NCBI GenBank assembly: GCA_965277805.1
Contig: OZ255842.1
Location: 2,752,001 to 2,816,000 of the forward strand
Length of the DNA: 64,000 bases
Source: Candidatus Lustribacter sp.
GTDB lineage: Bacteria; Vulcanimicrobiota; Vulcanimicrobiia; Vulcanimicrobiales; Vulcanimicrobiaceae
Direction: 5' to 3'
How positions within the stretch are numbered: the stretch's first letter is position 1; every line of letters starts with the position of its first letter. The notes beneath the pieces were generated by a model. The model ran no database searches. It was given only the letters and a program-made list of their open reading frames with translations, and was not told where the DNA came from. Below, one piece after another: positions 19,058 to 28,938 of the stretch. Position numbers and translations under genes: made by a program.

Positions 19058-20290
19058 CTACAGCGAAACCGCCCCCGCATACCCCGTAAGCTCAACGTAA
19101 CCAACCCCAAGCCCACGCCCACTGACGCCGTCGCGCGCATCGACCGCTCCCTCCCAATACGAAACCCCACCCACGGTATTCGCCAACTCCTGATCGAGCA
19201 GCACCGGCGTCAACACAACATCAACATGCGCCGACGGAACGCTCACGCGCCACCCACTCGGATAGACCCCGCCCGTATGAGGCGACGTCCAAGACCCACT
19301 CGCCACCGCCGAGAACGCCCCACGCGCCAAATACGTAACGCGTCCCCGGGCATCAATCAAACTCCCACTCGACTCCGCAACAAGCGACCCATCCTTGCGC
19401 CGCAACACATACAACATAACCTCACGCCGATCATCAAGCTGAATCGAATACCAATCCCACCCGACAACCCCATCCTGCAATTCATCCGACCCAAACTCAT
19501 GATCCATCCAAGAAATCCCATCCACGCCAAACCGAGCCCCGCCATATATCATCGATCCCGAAGTCCACAACCGCGTCATCGAATAATAGTGCGAAGCACA
19601 ATTCGCACAAGGCCCCTTCTTCGAAATCCCATCATGCCCATGAACCGCCGGCGCCTTTTCCGAGACGAGAGCAAAATCAATCGCCTTCCCATCCACCGCC
19701 GCGTGCAAGCGAAACGGCGAAGGCCCCGTCAACGACCACCCATCAGCCCGCACATCAAGCCGCGTCTGCGAAGCACTCCCCGCCCCCAACGCCTCCCGCG
19801 CAAACCGCTCGTAATGCACGAATGTCTTCCCCGCCTCATCCGTAAGAGCAAAGTGCGCCGGAAACAACTCATTCCCACGCCAAGCACTACCCCCACGAGC
19901 CGCCTTCACGTCCCCCGGCCTCAATCCAACACGAAAAAACGTCAACTCATACCCAAACCGCCGCCCATCCTTAGCGCGAACATGCCCAGTAAAATACCAC
20001 CATTCTGACGCGAATTGATCGTGCGCAGCATGATCTCGCGGAAATCGAAAACGCCACGGTAACCCAGCACTGAGGAAGTGGCCATTCGCACCCTGAGCAC
20101 CATCATGCCGGATGGGTGGCGCGGCGGCGTTCGTCGCGCGGGGTGCTCTGAGGGCTTGCGAAGCCAAGATGGCGAGAGCAAGCCCGAAGGCAGCGACAGC
20201 GCGCACAGGAAGTGCGCGCCGAGCGTGCCCCGCGCGACGAACGCCGCCGCGCCACCCATCCACCACCACCCACGCAAGCCGGCGCGTCAT
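19058..20290 (-). CDS. AttH/CrtC-like lipocalin-fold secreted protein
   Basis: FPRDHAAH, EWWYFTG, SHYYS, WMDHEFGS, GWDWYSIQL, YWEG, GYVELTGY. Confidence 0.88.
   Translation of the reverse strand: MTRRLAWVVVDGWRGGVRRAGHARRALPVRAVAAFGLALAILASQALRAPRATNAAAPPIRHDGAQGANGHFLSAGLPWRFRFPRDHAAHDQFASEWWYFTGHVRAKDGRRFGYELTFFRVGLRPGDVKAARGGSAWRGNELFPAHFALTDEAGKTFVHYERFAREALGAGSASQTRLDVRADGWSLTGPSPFRLHAAVDGKAIDFALVSEKAPAVHGHDGISKKGPCANCASHYYSMTRLWTSGSMIYGGARFGVDGISWMDHEFGSDELQDGVVGWDWYSIQLDDRREVMLYVLRRKDGSLVAESSGSLIDARGRVTYLARGAFSAVASGSWTSPHTGGVYPSGWRVSVPSAHVDVVLTPVLLDQELANTVGGVSYWEGAVDARDGVSGRGLGVGYVELTGYAGAVSL
20110..20261. repeat. Perfect 34-bp inverted repeat pair with 84-bp spacer (REP-doublet-like or candidate inverton)
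   Basis: GGATGGGTGGCGCGGCGGCGTTCGTCGCGCGGGG at 20110-20143; exact reverse complement at 20228-20261. Confidence 0.9.
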
Positions 20291-22863
20291 TCCGCCCGCA
20301 CAGCCTCACTAGTGCGTATCCGAGCAGCCACCCCCGCCGGATAAATCCCAGCCGCCAACGCAGCAATCACCACCAGCACAACCGCCTCCGCCAAAAAGTC
20401 ATACGGCATGTGCAACTCAATGAGCCACCCAAAAGCCTGCCGATTGATGACGAAGATGAGCAACAGCGCGAGCAGCACGCCGACGACGACCCCGCTGATC
20501 CCCCCAAGCAGCCCGATAAACGCCGCCTCAAAGTAAACCATCCGCCGCACATCCCGCGTACGCAACCCAAGATAACGAAGCAGCCCGATCTCACGCCGCC
20601 GCTCCAACACCAGCGCAAACAGCGTAGAAACCACGCCCAGCACCGCAATCGTAATCGAGATAACGTACAATGCATACGTAATAGCAAACGTACGATCGAA
20701 AATCGTGATGACGAGCGCGCGAAGTTCCCGCGTCGTTTGCGTATCCACCCGCAACGGCAAAACGCTCCGCTCGATGGAATTCCGAAGCGCTACCAAGTCG
20801 GTACCGGGCCGAGCATAAACCGCCAACGAGGTAAGCGACGGATCCCGATACAGCCGCCGAAACGTCGCCAGGTCCATCAACACCACGCCGGCGTCGGACG
20901 AGTAATCGTTGTACACCGCAGCAACGGAGAACGTGGTCATCCCCGACGGCGTATCGAGCGTAAACCGGTCCCCCGTGTTCAGCGAGAACTTCGTCGCAAA
21001 CGGCTCGCTGATGAGCACGTTCTCCGACCCCGGCAACCCGCGCTGCAGCGTATCCTCGTCGACGCGCCCGATAAAGCGAACCGTACGCCGCGAAGCAAAG
21101 TCCGCCAGATTCGTCCCCGCGAGCCCCGTGATACGCCCGCGAAACGGAATGCTGATCTCGCGAATCACGTCGATGGACGCCACCCCGGGCAAGCGCGAGA
21201 TCGTCCGTGCCACGTCGGAAGAAAACGTCGCATCCGAGGAGGCGTCTCCCAATCCCAGCGGCCGCACAAAAAGATCCGCCTTGAGCGTATCGTTGGCCCA
21301 CGCCACCACCGTCGTGCGAAACGATCCGATGAGAATCGCCACCGCAACGGTCATCGCGATCGCGATCATCAAGGAGGCAACAGCAACGCTATTGCGCACG
21401 GGCGACGAGCCTAAGTTCGCCGCCGCAATTTCCCCCGCCGCCGAACGCGAAACGAGCACCGCACGCGCCAGGCGCGCCAGTCCTGCAATGAGCAGCGGCG
21501 CAAACAGCGACCCCGCGAAGATGATGAGCAGCCCCGCCGCGTAACCGAAGAGCGGCACATCGCCGATCGGCGGCAGCAACGTGCACGCCCAGCCGACGAG
21601 CAACAGCCCAAGCCCGAAGATCGCCGCCCGCGGCGCAAGCCCGGTGAGCCGCCGCTCGTAGCCTTGCGCGCGCATCGTGATCGCCGGCGGCGTCCGCGCA
21701 GCCTCCAGCGCCGGTACGAGCGCCGCGATCGCCGCCGCCGCCACGCCGATCAAGAACGCCTTGAGCAACACGACTGGATCGTACACGACATGATCCGCGT
21801 GCGAGGCAACGTAGAGCGTATCGACGGTCCGCGAAACCGCCGCGACCGAAAACGTTGCCAGCACGCTCCCGATCACCACGCCGAACAGCGAGCCCACCAC
21901 CCCGAACAGCACGCCCTCGGCCAGAAACGTGCGCAAGATCTGCCCGCGCTTCACCCCGAGGGCGCGGAGCGTTCCGATCTCCGGCCGCCGCTGCACGACC
22001 GAAATCGCGACGGTGTTGTAGATCAGATACATGCCGACGAGCAACGCGATGTACGAGAGCGCGGCCAGATTGAGTTCGAACGAACGCAGCATGCGCTGGA
22101 TCTCGCCCGTGCGGACCTTCGGTTCGATCGCGCGCACGCCGGGCGGAAGCACGCGCCGCACCGCCGCGATCGTCGTCGCCAATTGCGCCGGATCGACGAT
22201 GCAATCAATGCGGTCGAGCCGGCCGACTTTGCCGAAGATCTCCTGCGCCGTCGCGATGTCGACGAACACGACGCTCGAATCGACGCCCGCGACGCTCGCC
22301 GGCAAGACCGCCGCCACGCGCAGTTCGACGTTGCGGTCGCCCGCGAGCGCGGAGATGATCGAGCCAGCCTGCCAATGATACTTGGCGGCAACGCGCGCGC
22401 TGATAAACGCGCCGTGTCCGTTCACGAGCAACCACGGATCGGGCGCCGACGTTCCCGTCGCAACACCGCCGGGCGTCGCGAGAACACCGCTCGAACCCGG
22501 CACCGGCCGCAGCAGATCGATGCCCAGCACGCGCAAGATTTCGCCCGAGAACGCATCGCCGGCGCGCGCGCCGACGGTGAGCGAATCCTCGATCGCCGGA
22601 TTCGCATAGAGCACGCCCGGCACGTTCTGCACGCGCAAAATCGTGCGCTCGTCGAATCCACGTCCGACGCCCAGCACTTGCAAGTTGATGTGGTTGGAAA
22701 TTACGTTCACGCTCGATGCAAACGACGCGACCGCGGTGGTATTCGCCAGATCGACCGAGAGCGCGATCGCAACACCGAGCGCCACGGCCAGCACGGTAAC
22801 GGCGCTGCGCAGTTTGTTCGCCCCGATGTGCCCCCAAACGAGGGCCGCGAAGACCGGACTCAC
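20287..22863 (-). CDS. FtsX/MacB-like ABC permease (AttF/G-like, duplicated halves)
   Basis: QRRPEIGTLRALG and ERRREIGLLRYLG; INRQAFGW; GTG start overlapping ATPase stop. Confidence 0.9.
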   Translation of the reverse strand: MSPVFAALVWGHIGANKLRSAVTVLAVALGVAIALSVDLANTTAVASFASSVNVISNHINLQVLGVGRGFDERTILRVQNVPGVLYANPAIEDSLTVGARAGDAFSGEILRVLGIDLLRPVPGSSGVLATPGGVATGTSAPDPWLLVNGHGAFISARVAAKYHWQAGSIISALAGDRNVELRVAAVLPASVAGVDSSVVFVDIATAQEIFGKVGRLDRIDCIVDPAQLATTIAAVRRVLPPGVRAIEPKVRTGEIQRMLRSFELNLAALSYIALLVGMYLIYNTVAISVVQRRPEIGTLRALGVKRGQILRTFLAEGVLFGVVGSLFGVVIGSVLATFSVAAVSRTVDTLYVASHADHVVYDPVVLLKAFLIGVAAAAIAALVPALEAARTPPAITMRAQGYERRLTGLAPRAAIFGLGLLLVGWACTLLPPIGDVPLFGYAAGLLIIFAGSLFAPLLIAGLARLARAVLVSRSAAGEIAAANLGSSPVRNSVAVASLMIAIAMTVAVAILIGSFRTTVVAWANDTLKADLFVRPLGLGDASSDATFSSDVARTISRLPGVASIDVIREISIPFRGRITGLAGTNLADFASRRTVRFIGRVDEDTLQRGLPGSENVLISEPFATKFSLNTGDRFTLDTPSGMTTFSVAAVYNDYSSDAGVVLMDLATFRRLYRDPSLTSLAVYARPGTDLVALRNSIERSVLPLRVDTQTTRELRALVITIFDRTFAITYALYVISITIAVLGVVSTLFALVLERRREIGLLRYLGLRTRDVRRMVYFEAAFIGLLGGISGVVVGVLLALLLIFVINRQAFGWLIELHMPYDFLAEAVVLVVIAALAAGIYPAGVAARIRTSEAVRAE

Positions 22864-23537
22864 GGCACGATGCGGCCGTCGTGCATGCGGATCGTGCGAT
22901 CGCACACCGCTGCCGCTTCGGCGCTATGGGTCGCCATGAGAATGGCCTGGCCGCCGTCGGCAAGCGAACGCAACAGCCGTAAGACGTTTTCGCCGTTGTG
23001 CGAATCGAGATTGCCGGTCGGCTCGTCGGCGAGCAAAACGGCCGGTTGGTGGATCATCGCCCGCGCGATCGCCGCGCGTTGCAATTGGCCGCCGGACACT
23101 TGCGCCGGAAACGCGCGCGCCTTATCGCCGAGGCCGACGGCGGCCAACGCCGGTGCCGTACGCCGCGCGATCTCCGCCGCCGCGACGCCCTGCAGCACGA
23201 GCGGCAGCGCAATGTTCGCTTCAATCGTGAGTGCCGGCAATAAGTTGAAGAACTGAAATATCGTGCCGACGCGATCGCGCCGCAAGAGCGTCAGCGCGTC
23301 GTCGTCGAGCTCGGCAGTGTCGCGCCCGTCAACAAAAACATGGCCGGACGTCGGTAAATCGACGCATCCGACCAAGTTGAGAAGAGTGCTCTTACCGCAC
23401 CCGCTCGGGCCAACCAAGGCGACCATTTCGCCACGACTGACCTCGAGCGACACGCCGTCGAGCGCACGAACGGGTGCGTCGGCGGCGGGATACGTTTTCC
23501 GCGCGTCGGAAACGACGACCGGAAGATTCGCGATTAT
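22860..23537 (-). CDS. ABC ATP-binding protein (LolD/AttE-like)
   Basis: [27 protein letters not shown]; start uncertain (ATA 23537 or GTG 23579). Confidence 0.9.
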   Translation of the reverse strand: MIANLPVVVSDARKTYPAADAPVRALDGVSLEVSRGEMVALVGPSGCGKSTLLNLVGCVDLPTSGHVFVDGRDTAELDDDALTLLRRDRVGTIFQFFNLLPALTIEANIALPLVLQGVAAAEIARRTAPALAAVGLGDKARAFPAQVSGGQLQRAAIARAMIHQPAVLLADEPTGNLDSHNGENVLRLLRSLADGGQAILMATHSAEAAAVCDRTIRMHDGRIVP

Positions 23538-23776
23538 GCTTTGTAGTAGGCCGCGTTGGCGTCGATGAACGACTTCCACTTATCGGGGACGTCGGAATCG
23601 GCGTAAATCGCTTCGACCGGGCACGCCGATACGCAGGCGCCGCAATCAATGCAAACTTCCGGATCGATGAAGAGCTGCTTGTCTTCGTCTTCGCCGTGAA
23701 TGCAATCGACCGGACATACGTCTACGCAAGACTTGTCCTTAGTTCCGATGCAGGGTTCGGTGATCACATATGACAT
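23534..23776 (-). CDS. Dicluster 4Fe-4S/7Fe ferredoxin
   Basis: CVDVCPVDCI and CIDCGACVSACPV. Confidence 0.93.
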   Translation of the reverse strand: MSYVITEPCIGTKDKSCVDVCPVDCIHGEDEDKQLFIDPEVCIDCGACVSACPVEAIYADSDVPDKWKSFIDANAAYYKA

Positions 23777-23911
23777 CGTCAGGTCGATGTAGCCTCGCTA
23801 GGAGAGGGGGAACCCACGGGACTACGGGTGAGCACAAGCCTGGTCCTTTACGATAAAAGGCGGGAGCGCGCCCAGACCCCGCTCGGCCTGGGCGCGCACC
23901 GCACGGTCGGA

Positions 23912-24175
23912 TCAGACCATCGAGCGCCGGCCCGAGAAGGCCCGCATGATATAGAGCAGGATCACGGCGCCGATGAACGCCACGACGATGCTCCCGAGGT
24001 TCACTCCGGTGACGCCCACGTGACCGAAGAAATTGAAGACCCAGCCGCCGATGAATGCGCCGACGATACCGACGACGATGTCACCGAGAACACCCCCGGG
24101 CCCCTCGCCCGGCACGACCCATTTCGCCAGAATTCCGGCAATGAGACCCACGATCAACCAGCCCAACAAACCCAT
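23912..24175 (-). CDS. GlsB/YeaQ/YmgE transglycosylase-associated membrane protein
   Basis: GLIAGILAKWVVPG...IVVGIVGAFIGG...AFIGAVILL. Confidence 0.9.
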   Translation of the reverse strand: MGLLGWLIVGLIAGILAKWVVPGEGPGGVLGDIVVGIVGAFIGGWVFNFFGHVGVTGVNLGSIVVAFIGAVILLYIMRAFSGRRSMV

Positions 24176-24297
24176 GATGATTTCTCCCCCTCGAAAAAGT
24201 GATCCGCGGCTCGGCGCCGCATCCTGCAGGAACTGGTTCCCAGAAAACTTCACGTGAAACCGCCGCACGATTGCATCTGCGGCTGCGTTGCAAAGCC

Positions 24298-25032
24298 ATG
24301 AAGCATCGCATCCTCGCAACGCTTGCTGCGTTCGCGATCGCCGCCGGTAGCAGCGCGGCAGCGAACGCGCAAACGTCCGGCCGCCGTCTCACCCCCACGC
24401 TAACCGTGACGGGCGAGGCGTCCGTCACCCGCGCACCGGATCGCGCAACGGTGACGTTCCGCATCGAGACGACGAACGATGTCGCGGCTGCCGCGACGTC
24501 GGCCAACTCGGCCATCGCCAACGCGCTGACGGCCAAGCTCGCGCCGCTCGGCATTCCGGCCAGCGCGATCTCCACCACCGGCTACGGATTGAGCTATAAC
24601 CCGCACCCGGTCAAGCCCGATCCGGCCTCCACGCAGCGTTACGGCTATACGGTCGAGCGCACGATCGACGTGATCGCGAATTCGGTCGACGGCGCGGGCG
24701 CGGTGGTCGACGCCGGCGTTGCAGCCGGGGTCACCGGGGTGAACGGGGTCGCCTTCACGCTACGCGACGGACACGCGGCCATGCGCAGTGCGCAGGCCGC
24801 AGCGGTCGCCGATGCCGCCGCGCAAGCCCGCGGCCTGGCCGCCGCCGCCAAGATGCGCCTGGTACGCATCCTTGCGATCTCGCCCTCGGGCGAAGCGGTT
24901 CCGCAGCCATTGTTCAAACGCGCCGGCCCCGTCATGATGTCGGCCGCCGTCCCGACCACGATCGACCCCGGGAACCTGACCGTCCAAGCTAACGTCACCG
25001 TGCAATACGAGATCGCGCCGGAGCACGGATAG
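24298..25032 (+). CDS. SIMPL (DUF541) domain periplasmic protein
   Basis: Signal peptide; LTVTGEASVTRAPD; DPGNLTVQANVTVQY. Confidence 0.85.
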   Translation: MKHRILATLAAFAIAAGSSAAANAQTSGRRLTPTLTVTGEASVTRAPDRATVTFRIETTNDVAAAATSANSAIANALTAKLAPLGIPASAISTTGYGLSYNPHPVKPDPASTQRYGYTVERTIDVIANSVDGAGAVVDAGVAAGVTGVNGVAFTLRDGHAAMRSAQAAAVADAAAQARGLAAAAKMRLVRILAISPSGEAVPQPLFKRAGPVMMSAAVPTTIDPGNLTVQANVTVQYEIAPEHG

Positions 25033-25086
25033 CGGCGAAACTGTGCCCGAACCGGGCAAGTACCTCACGATGATGGAACACTCCCG

Positions 25087-27069
25087 ATGATGGAAGCTCA
25101 GGCCGAGTGCGAGATCTGCCGCCTGCGACCAGCCAGCACGCAAGATTACGCGCTGCACGGCGGACGCTGGGTTGCGGCCGCGGTATGCGATGAATGCGCG
25201 CGTACGCGCCGGCGCGCGATCTTGCCCTACGTCGGCGCGGTAACGGCCGCGGCCGCGCTCTTCGCCGGTGCCGCATTTGCGATCGATTCGATCTCGCGGC
25301 GTAATCCGCCGCCGGGCGCTGAACCGCATCCCGACAACCAGAACCGGCCCAATCCGCTCACCGATCTCGGGCGCGCGCTGCGCGGCGGAACGCCGACCCT
25401 CGGCGCCTTCTCGCGCGATCTCACCGCGATGGCCCGCGCCGACAAACTCGATCCGGTCGTCGGACGCGACGACGAGATCGAACGCGTGATCTCGATTCTC
25501 GCGCGCCGCAGCAAGAACAATCCGGTGCTCGTCGGCGAGCCGGGCGTGGGCAAAACGGCGATCGTGGAAGGGCTCGCGCAGCGCATCGTGCGCGGCGACG
25601 TCCCGGCTGCGCTGCGCGACAAGAAAGTTCTGGCGCTCAACCTCGGACCGCTCGTTGCCGGCACGAAATACCGCGGCGAATTCGAGGGCCGCGTCAAGCG
25701 CATCCTCGATGAGGTGAAGCGCGCCGCGCGCGACGTGATCCTGTTCATCGACGAATTGCACACGCTGGTCGGCGCCGGCGCGGCCGAAGGATCGCTCGAC
25801 CTCTCTTCGATGATCAAGCCCGAACTCGCGCGCGGCGAACTGCAGTGCGTCGGCGCAACGACGTACGACGAGTACCGCAAATACATCGAGTCCGACGCGG
25901 CGCTCGAGCGCCGCTTCCAGCCGGTGACGGTGGAAGAGCCGACGATCGATCAGACCATCGCGATCTTGCGCGGCCTGCGGCCGAAGTACAGCGCGCACCA
26001 CCACGTGACCATCGACGACACCGCGCTCGAAGCCGCGGCAACGCTAGCCGCGCGTTTCATCGCCGACCGTTTTCTGCCCGACAAAGCGATCGACGTGGTC
26101 GACGAAGCGGCGGCAACCGCCGCGATGTCGGGCACGCCCAACGTCGATGTGGACCGCGTCGCGGCCGTCGTATCGCGCTGGACCGGCATTCCGCAAGGCA
26201 CGATCACCGACGCGCAGCGCGCCGGGCTGCTCGCGCTCGAAGAACAACTCGAAGCGCGTGTCATCGGCCAGAGCGATGCGGTGAAGCGCGTCTCCGAAGC
26301 CGTGCGCCGCGCACGCGCGGGGCTGAAAGATCCGCGCAAGCCGGTCGGCGGATTTCTCTTCATCGGCCCGAGCGGCGTCGGCAAAACCGAACTCGCGCGC
26401 GCCCTCGCGCATGCGCTGTTCGGCACCGACGACGCGCTGATCCGGCTCGATCTCTCCGAGTTCACCGAAGCGCATACGATCTCGCGGCTGCTCGGCGCAC
26501 CGCCCGGCTACGCCGGCCACGACGAACCGGGCCAGTTGACCGAACCGATCCGGCGCCGCCCCTATTCCGTCGTGCTGTTCGACGAGATCGAAAAAGCGCA
26601 CCCCGACGTCGCGGCAATCCTGTTGCAGATCCTCGACGACGGTCGCGTGACCGACGCCAAGGGCCGGGCAATCGACTTCCGCCATGCCATCATCGTCTTG
26701 ACCAGCAACCTCGACCGCGAGGACCTCGTCGGCGCGCTGCGCAGCGAGCTCTTGGACCGCATCGACGAAGTGATCGTCTTCGACGAGCTCGGCCTGCCGG
26801 AGATCGAGCAGATCGTCGCGCTCCAGATCGCGCTGCTGGCCGACCGCATGGGCGCACACGCGATGCAGCTCGAGCTGACCGAGCGCGCGCGGGTGTTCCT
26901 CGCCACCGAGAGCATCGCGGCCGGGGACGGCGCCCGCAACGTCGCCCGCTCGATCTCGCGCCACGTCGCCACGCCCCTCTCGGGCGCGATTCTGAGGGGA
27001 GAAATTCGTACCGGCCAGACCGCTAAGGTCGCGTTTGATGGGAAAGAGATCACCGTCAACGCTGCTTGA
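25087..27069 (+). CDS. Clp/Hsp100 two-NBD ATPase with N-terminal Cys4 finger and hydrophobic helix
   Basis: [41 protein letters not shown]-terminal CEIC...CDEC. Confidence 0.9.
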   Translation: MMEAQAECEICRLRPASTQDYALHGGRWVAAAVCDECARTRRRAILPYVGAVTAAAALFAGAAFAIDSISRRNPPPGAEPHPDNQNRPNPLTDLGRALRGGTPTLGAFSRDLTAMARADKLDPVVGRDDEIERVISILARRSKNNPVLVGEPGVGKTAIVEGLAQRIVRGDVPAALRDKKVLALNLGPLVAGTKYRGEFEGRVKRILDEVKRAARDVILFIDELHTLVGAGAAEGSLDLSSMIKPELARGELQCVGATTYDEYRKYIESDAALERRFQPVTVEEPTIDQTIAILRGLRPKYSAHHHVTIDDTALEAAATLAARFIADRFLPDKAIDVVDEAAATAAMSGTPNVDVDRVAAVVSRWTGIPQGTITDAQRAGLLALEEQLEARVIGQSDAVKRVSEAVRRARAGLKDPRKPVGGFLFIGPSGVGKTELARALAHALFGTDDALIRLDLSEFTEAHTISRLLGAPPGYAGHDEPGQLTEPIRRRPYSVVLFDEIEKAHPDVAAILLQILDDGRVTDAKGRAIDFRHAIIVLTSNLDREDLVGALRSELLDRIDEVIVFDELGLPEIEQIVALQIALLADRMGAHAMQLELTERARVFLATESIAAGDGARNVARSISRHVATPLSGAILRGEIRTGQTAKVAFDGKEITVNAA

Positions 27070-27080
27070 GAGGTTCTCGA

Positions 27081-27818
27081 ATGAAGCTCGTCCCTGCGGC
27101 GGCCGCCGTCTTGGCTGCCGCAATTACCCTAGTGAACGTCGCCGGCGCCCAAACGCTGCCCACCCCGCCGCCGCCCGGCCGCCCGACCTCGACCACGATC
27201 TTCGATGCGATGCTTGCGGTCGCGCGCGCGGCCAGCAGCAACCCCGGCGCGGCCCAGAACGCGGCCCTCTCATATCAAGCCGCGGTCCAGCAGTACAACG
27301 CGGGCGATTATGACCGGGCGCGCATGAGCGCGATCGCCGCGATGGGAGAGGCCATGCCTGTGCCGCCGCTCCCGGCGCCCTCGATCGCGCCGCCGTCGAT
27401 CCCGCAGCCGGTGTACTACCAGATGCCGCTGCTCGTCGGGGCCGATCAAGCCGACGCGGAAGGCTACCTGGCGCTGGCGCGACGCTCGATGCTGGTCTGC
27501 GGCGTTGCCGGATCCAACCCGCCCCAGGTGCAGCAGCAGTATGCGGCCGCAGCCGCCGCGCTCGACGCGAAGGACTACCGCACGTCCGAGATCGCCTCGA
27601 AAGTCGTCGTCGACTATTGCGCGGCCGCAAATCAGGCACTGGCCGCCCAAGCCGCTGCCGCGCCGCAAGCCCCGTCGACGCCGATCCCGATGACGAGTTA
27701 TAAGCCGATCCCGCTCGCGACGCTGGGACCCGATCCCGCGCTCGCGCAAACGCCCACCCCGGAAATGATGCCGCCGCTGGCGACGGCCGCTCCGGCCCGG
27801 CGCGGTTTCCGGCTCTAG
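27081..27818 (+). CDS. Secreted Ala/Pro-rich helical hypothetical protein
   Basis: GAGG RBS, signal peptide, TPR-like helices. Confidence 0.6.
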   Translation: MKLVPAAAAVLAAAITLVNVAGAQTLPTPPPPGRPTSTTIFDAMLAVARAASSNPGAAQNAALSYQAAVQQYNAGDYDRARMSAIAAMGEAMPVPPLPAPSIAPPSIPQPVYYQMPLLVGADQADAEGYLALARRSMLVCGVAGSNPPQVQQQYAAAAAALDAKDYRTSEIASKVVVDYCAAANQALAAQAAAAPQAPSTPIPMTSYKPIPLATLGPDPALAQTPTPEMMPPLATAAPARRGFRL

Positions 27819-27873
27819 ATCACAGCCCCCGTCCGCGGCAAGCCCCGGACGGGGACGGCGCGAAGGGCCGGGC

Positions 27874-28413
27874 ATGAAACGCTTTTTATGTGCTCTGGCC
27901 CTGTTCGCTTTTGCCGCCGCGCCGGCACTCGCCGACCCCAAGTCCGACTTGATGGCGGGCTGGATTCAGCTGCAGAAAGCGGGCACATACCATATGAGCT
28001 TTAACGGCAAAGCCCAAAAGATGGAAGCCGACATGGCGTTGCCGGCAAAGATGCACATGTACTCGCCGCAAATGGAAATGATCAAGATCGACCAGACGAT
28101 GTGGGTCAAGGTCGGCGGTCAATGGCGCCAGATGAACTTTCCGGGCGTGGAACAAATGACGGCGAGCATCACCGGGGCGATGGAGATGGCGAAGAGCCAA
28201 GCCGACGATTTGGTCGTAACCGACCTCGGTATGAAAACCCCGTTGAGCGGCGCGGCACCCATGCACGCCTACATGATGACCAATAAAGCCGGTAAGAGCC
28301 CATCAACGGTGTTCCTCGACCGCGGGCTCGTGAAAGAAATCGACAACGCCGACGGCACCACCGTCGTCATTACCAAAATCGGCGTCCCGGTCGACATCTC
28401 GCCGCCGATGTAG
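27874..28413 (+). CDS. Secreted Met-rich hypothetical protein (possible LolA/LppX-like fold)
   Basis: Signal peptide ending ALA; beta-rich pattern MEMIKIDQTMWVKVGGQW, C-terminal PVDISPP. Confidence 0.55.
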   Translation: MKRFLCALALFAFAAAPALADPKSDLMAGWIQLQKAGTYHMSFNGKAQKMEADMALPAKMHMYSPQMEMIKIDQTMWVKVGGQWRQMNFPGVEQMTASITGAMEMAKSQADDLVVTDLGMKTPLSGAAPMHAYMMTNKAGKSPSTVFLDRGLVKEIDNADGTTVVITKIGVPVDISPPM

Positions 28414-28423
28414 CTTATTCCAG

Positions 28424-28918
28424 TTACTTTAGAATGTGCGCGATCGCCGATTCGATCTCGCTCGCGCTCATCTCGCCGGGATGATACATCCGCACGATGC
28501 CCTTGGCGTCGATGAACACGTGCAGCGGAAAGTATAAACCACCGCCGTAGCTCGACCGCGTCGAATTGTCGGGATCGACCGCCAACGGGTACGGCACGCT
28601 GAAGTCGTGCGCGAAACCCTGCGCTTTGCCCATGCTCTCGCCGACGTCGATGCCGATCACGCGCAGCCCGCGCGGCGCATATTTCTTGCTGAGCGCAACG
28701 ATGCTCGGCGTCTCGAGCCGGCACGGCCCGCACCACGTCGCGAAAAAGTTCAGGTAGACGGGCCGGTTGTGCATCGTGACGTTGCTGATCGTCTTCCCGT
28801 CGGATGACGTGAGGCTGAACGGCGGCGCGGCGTCGCCCGGCCGCGGAATCGCCCAGGCCGGCGCACCGAGTGCCAGCACCGCGGCTGCGAGCAGGGGAAG
28901 GACGCGAGCGAGCATCAT
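28424..28918 (-). CDS. TlpA/ResA thiol-disulfide oxidoreductase
   Basis: NFFATWCGPCRLETP. Confidence 0.9.
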   Translation of the reverse strand: MMLARVLPLLAAAVLALGAPAWAIPRPGDAAPPFSLTSSDGKTISNVTMHNRPVYLNFFATWCGPCRLETPSIVALSKKYAPRGLRVIGIDVGESMGKAQGFAHDFSVPYPLAVDPDNSTRSSYGGGLYFPLHVFIDAKGIVRMYHPGEMSASEIESAIAHILK

Positions 28919-28938
28919 CGGGCGAATCTCCGAGCGAG

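Noticed and set aside
24246-24261. parS-like palindrome AACTTCACGTGAAACC
   Set aside because: Only 12/16 to TGTTTCACGTGAAACA with one arm broken, a single copy, and no origin-proximal genes in the window. More likely a transcription-factor site or chance.
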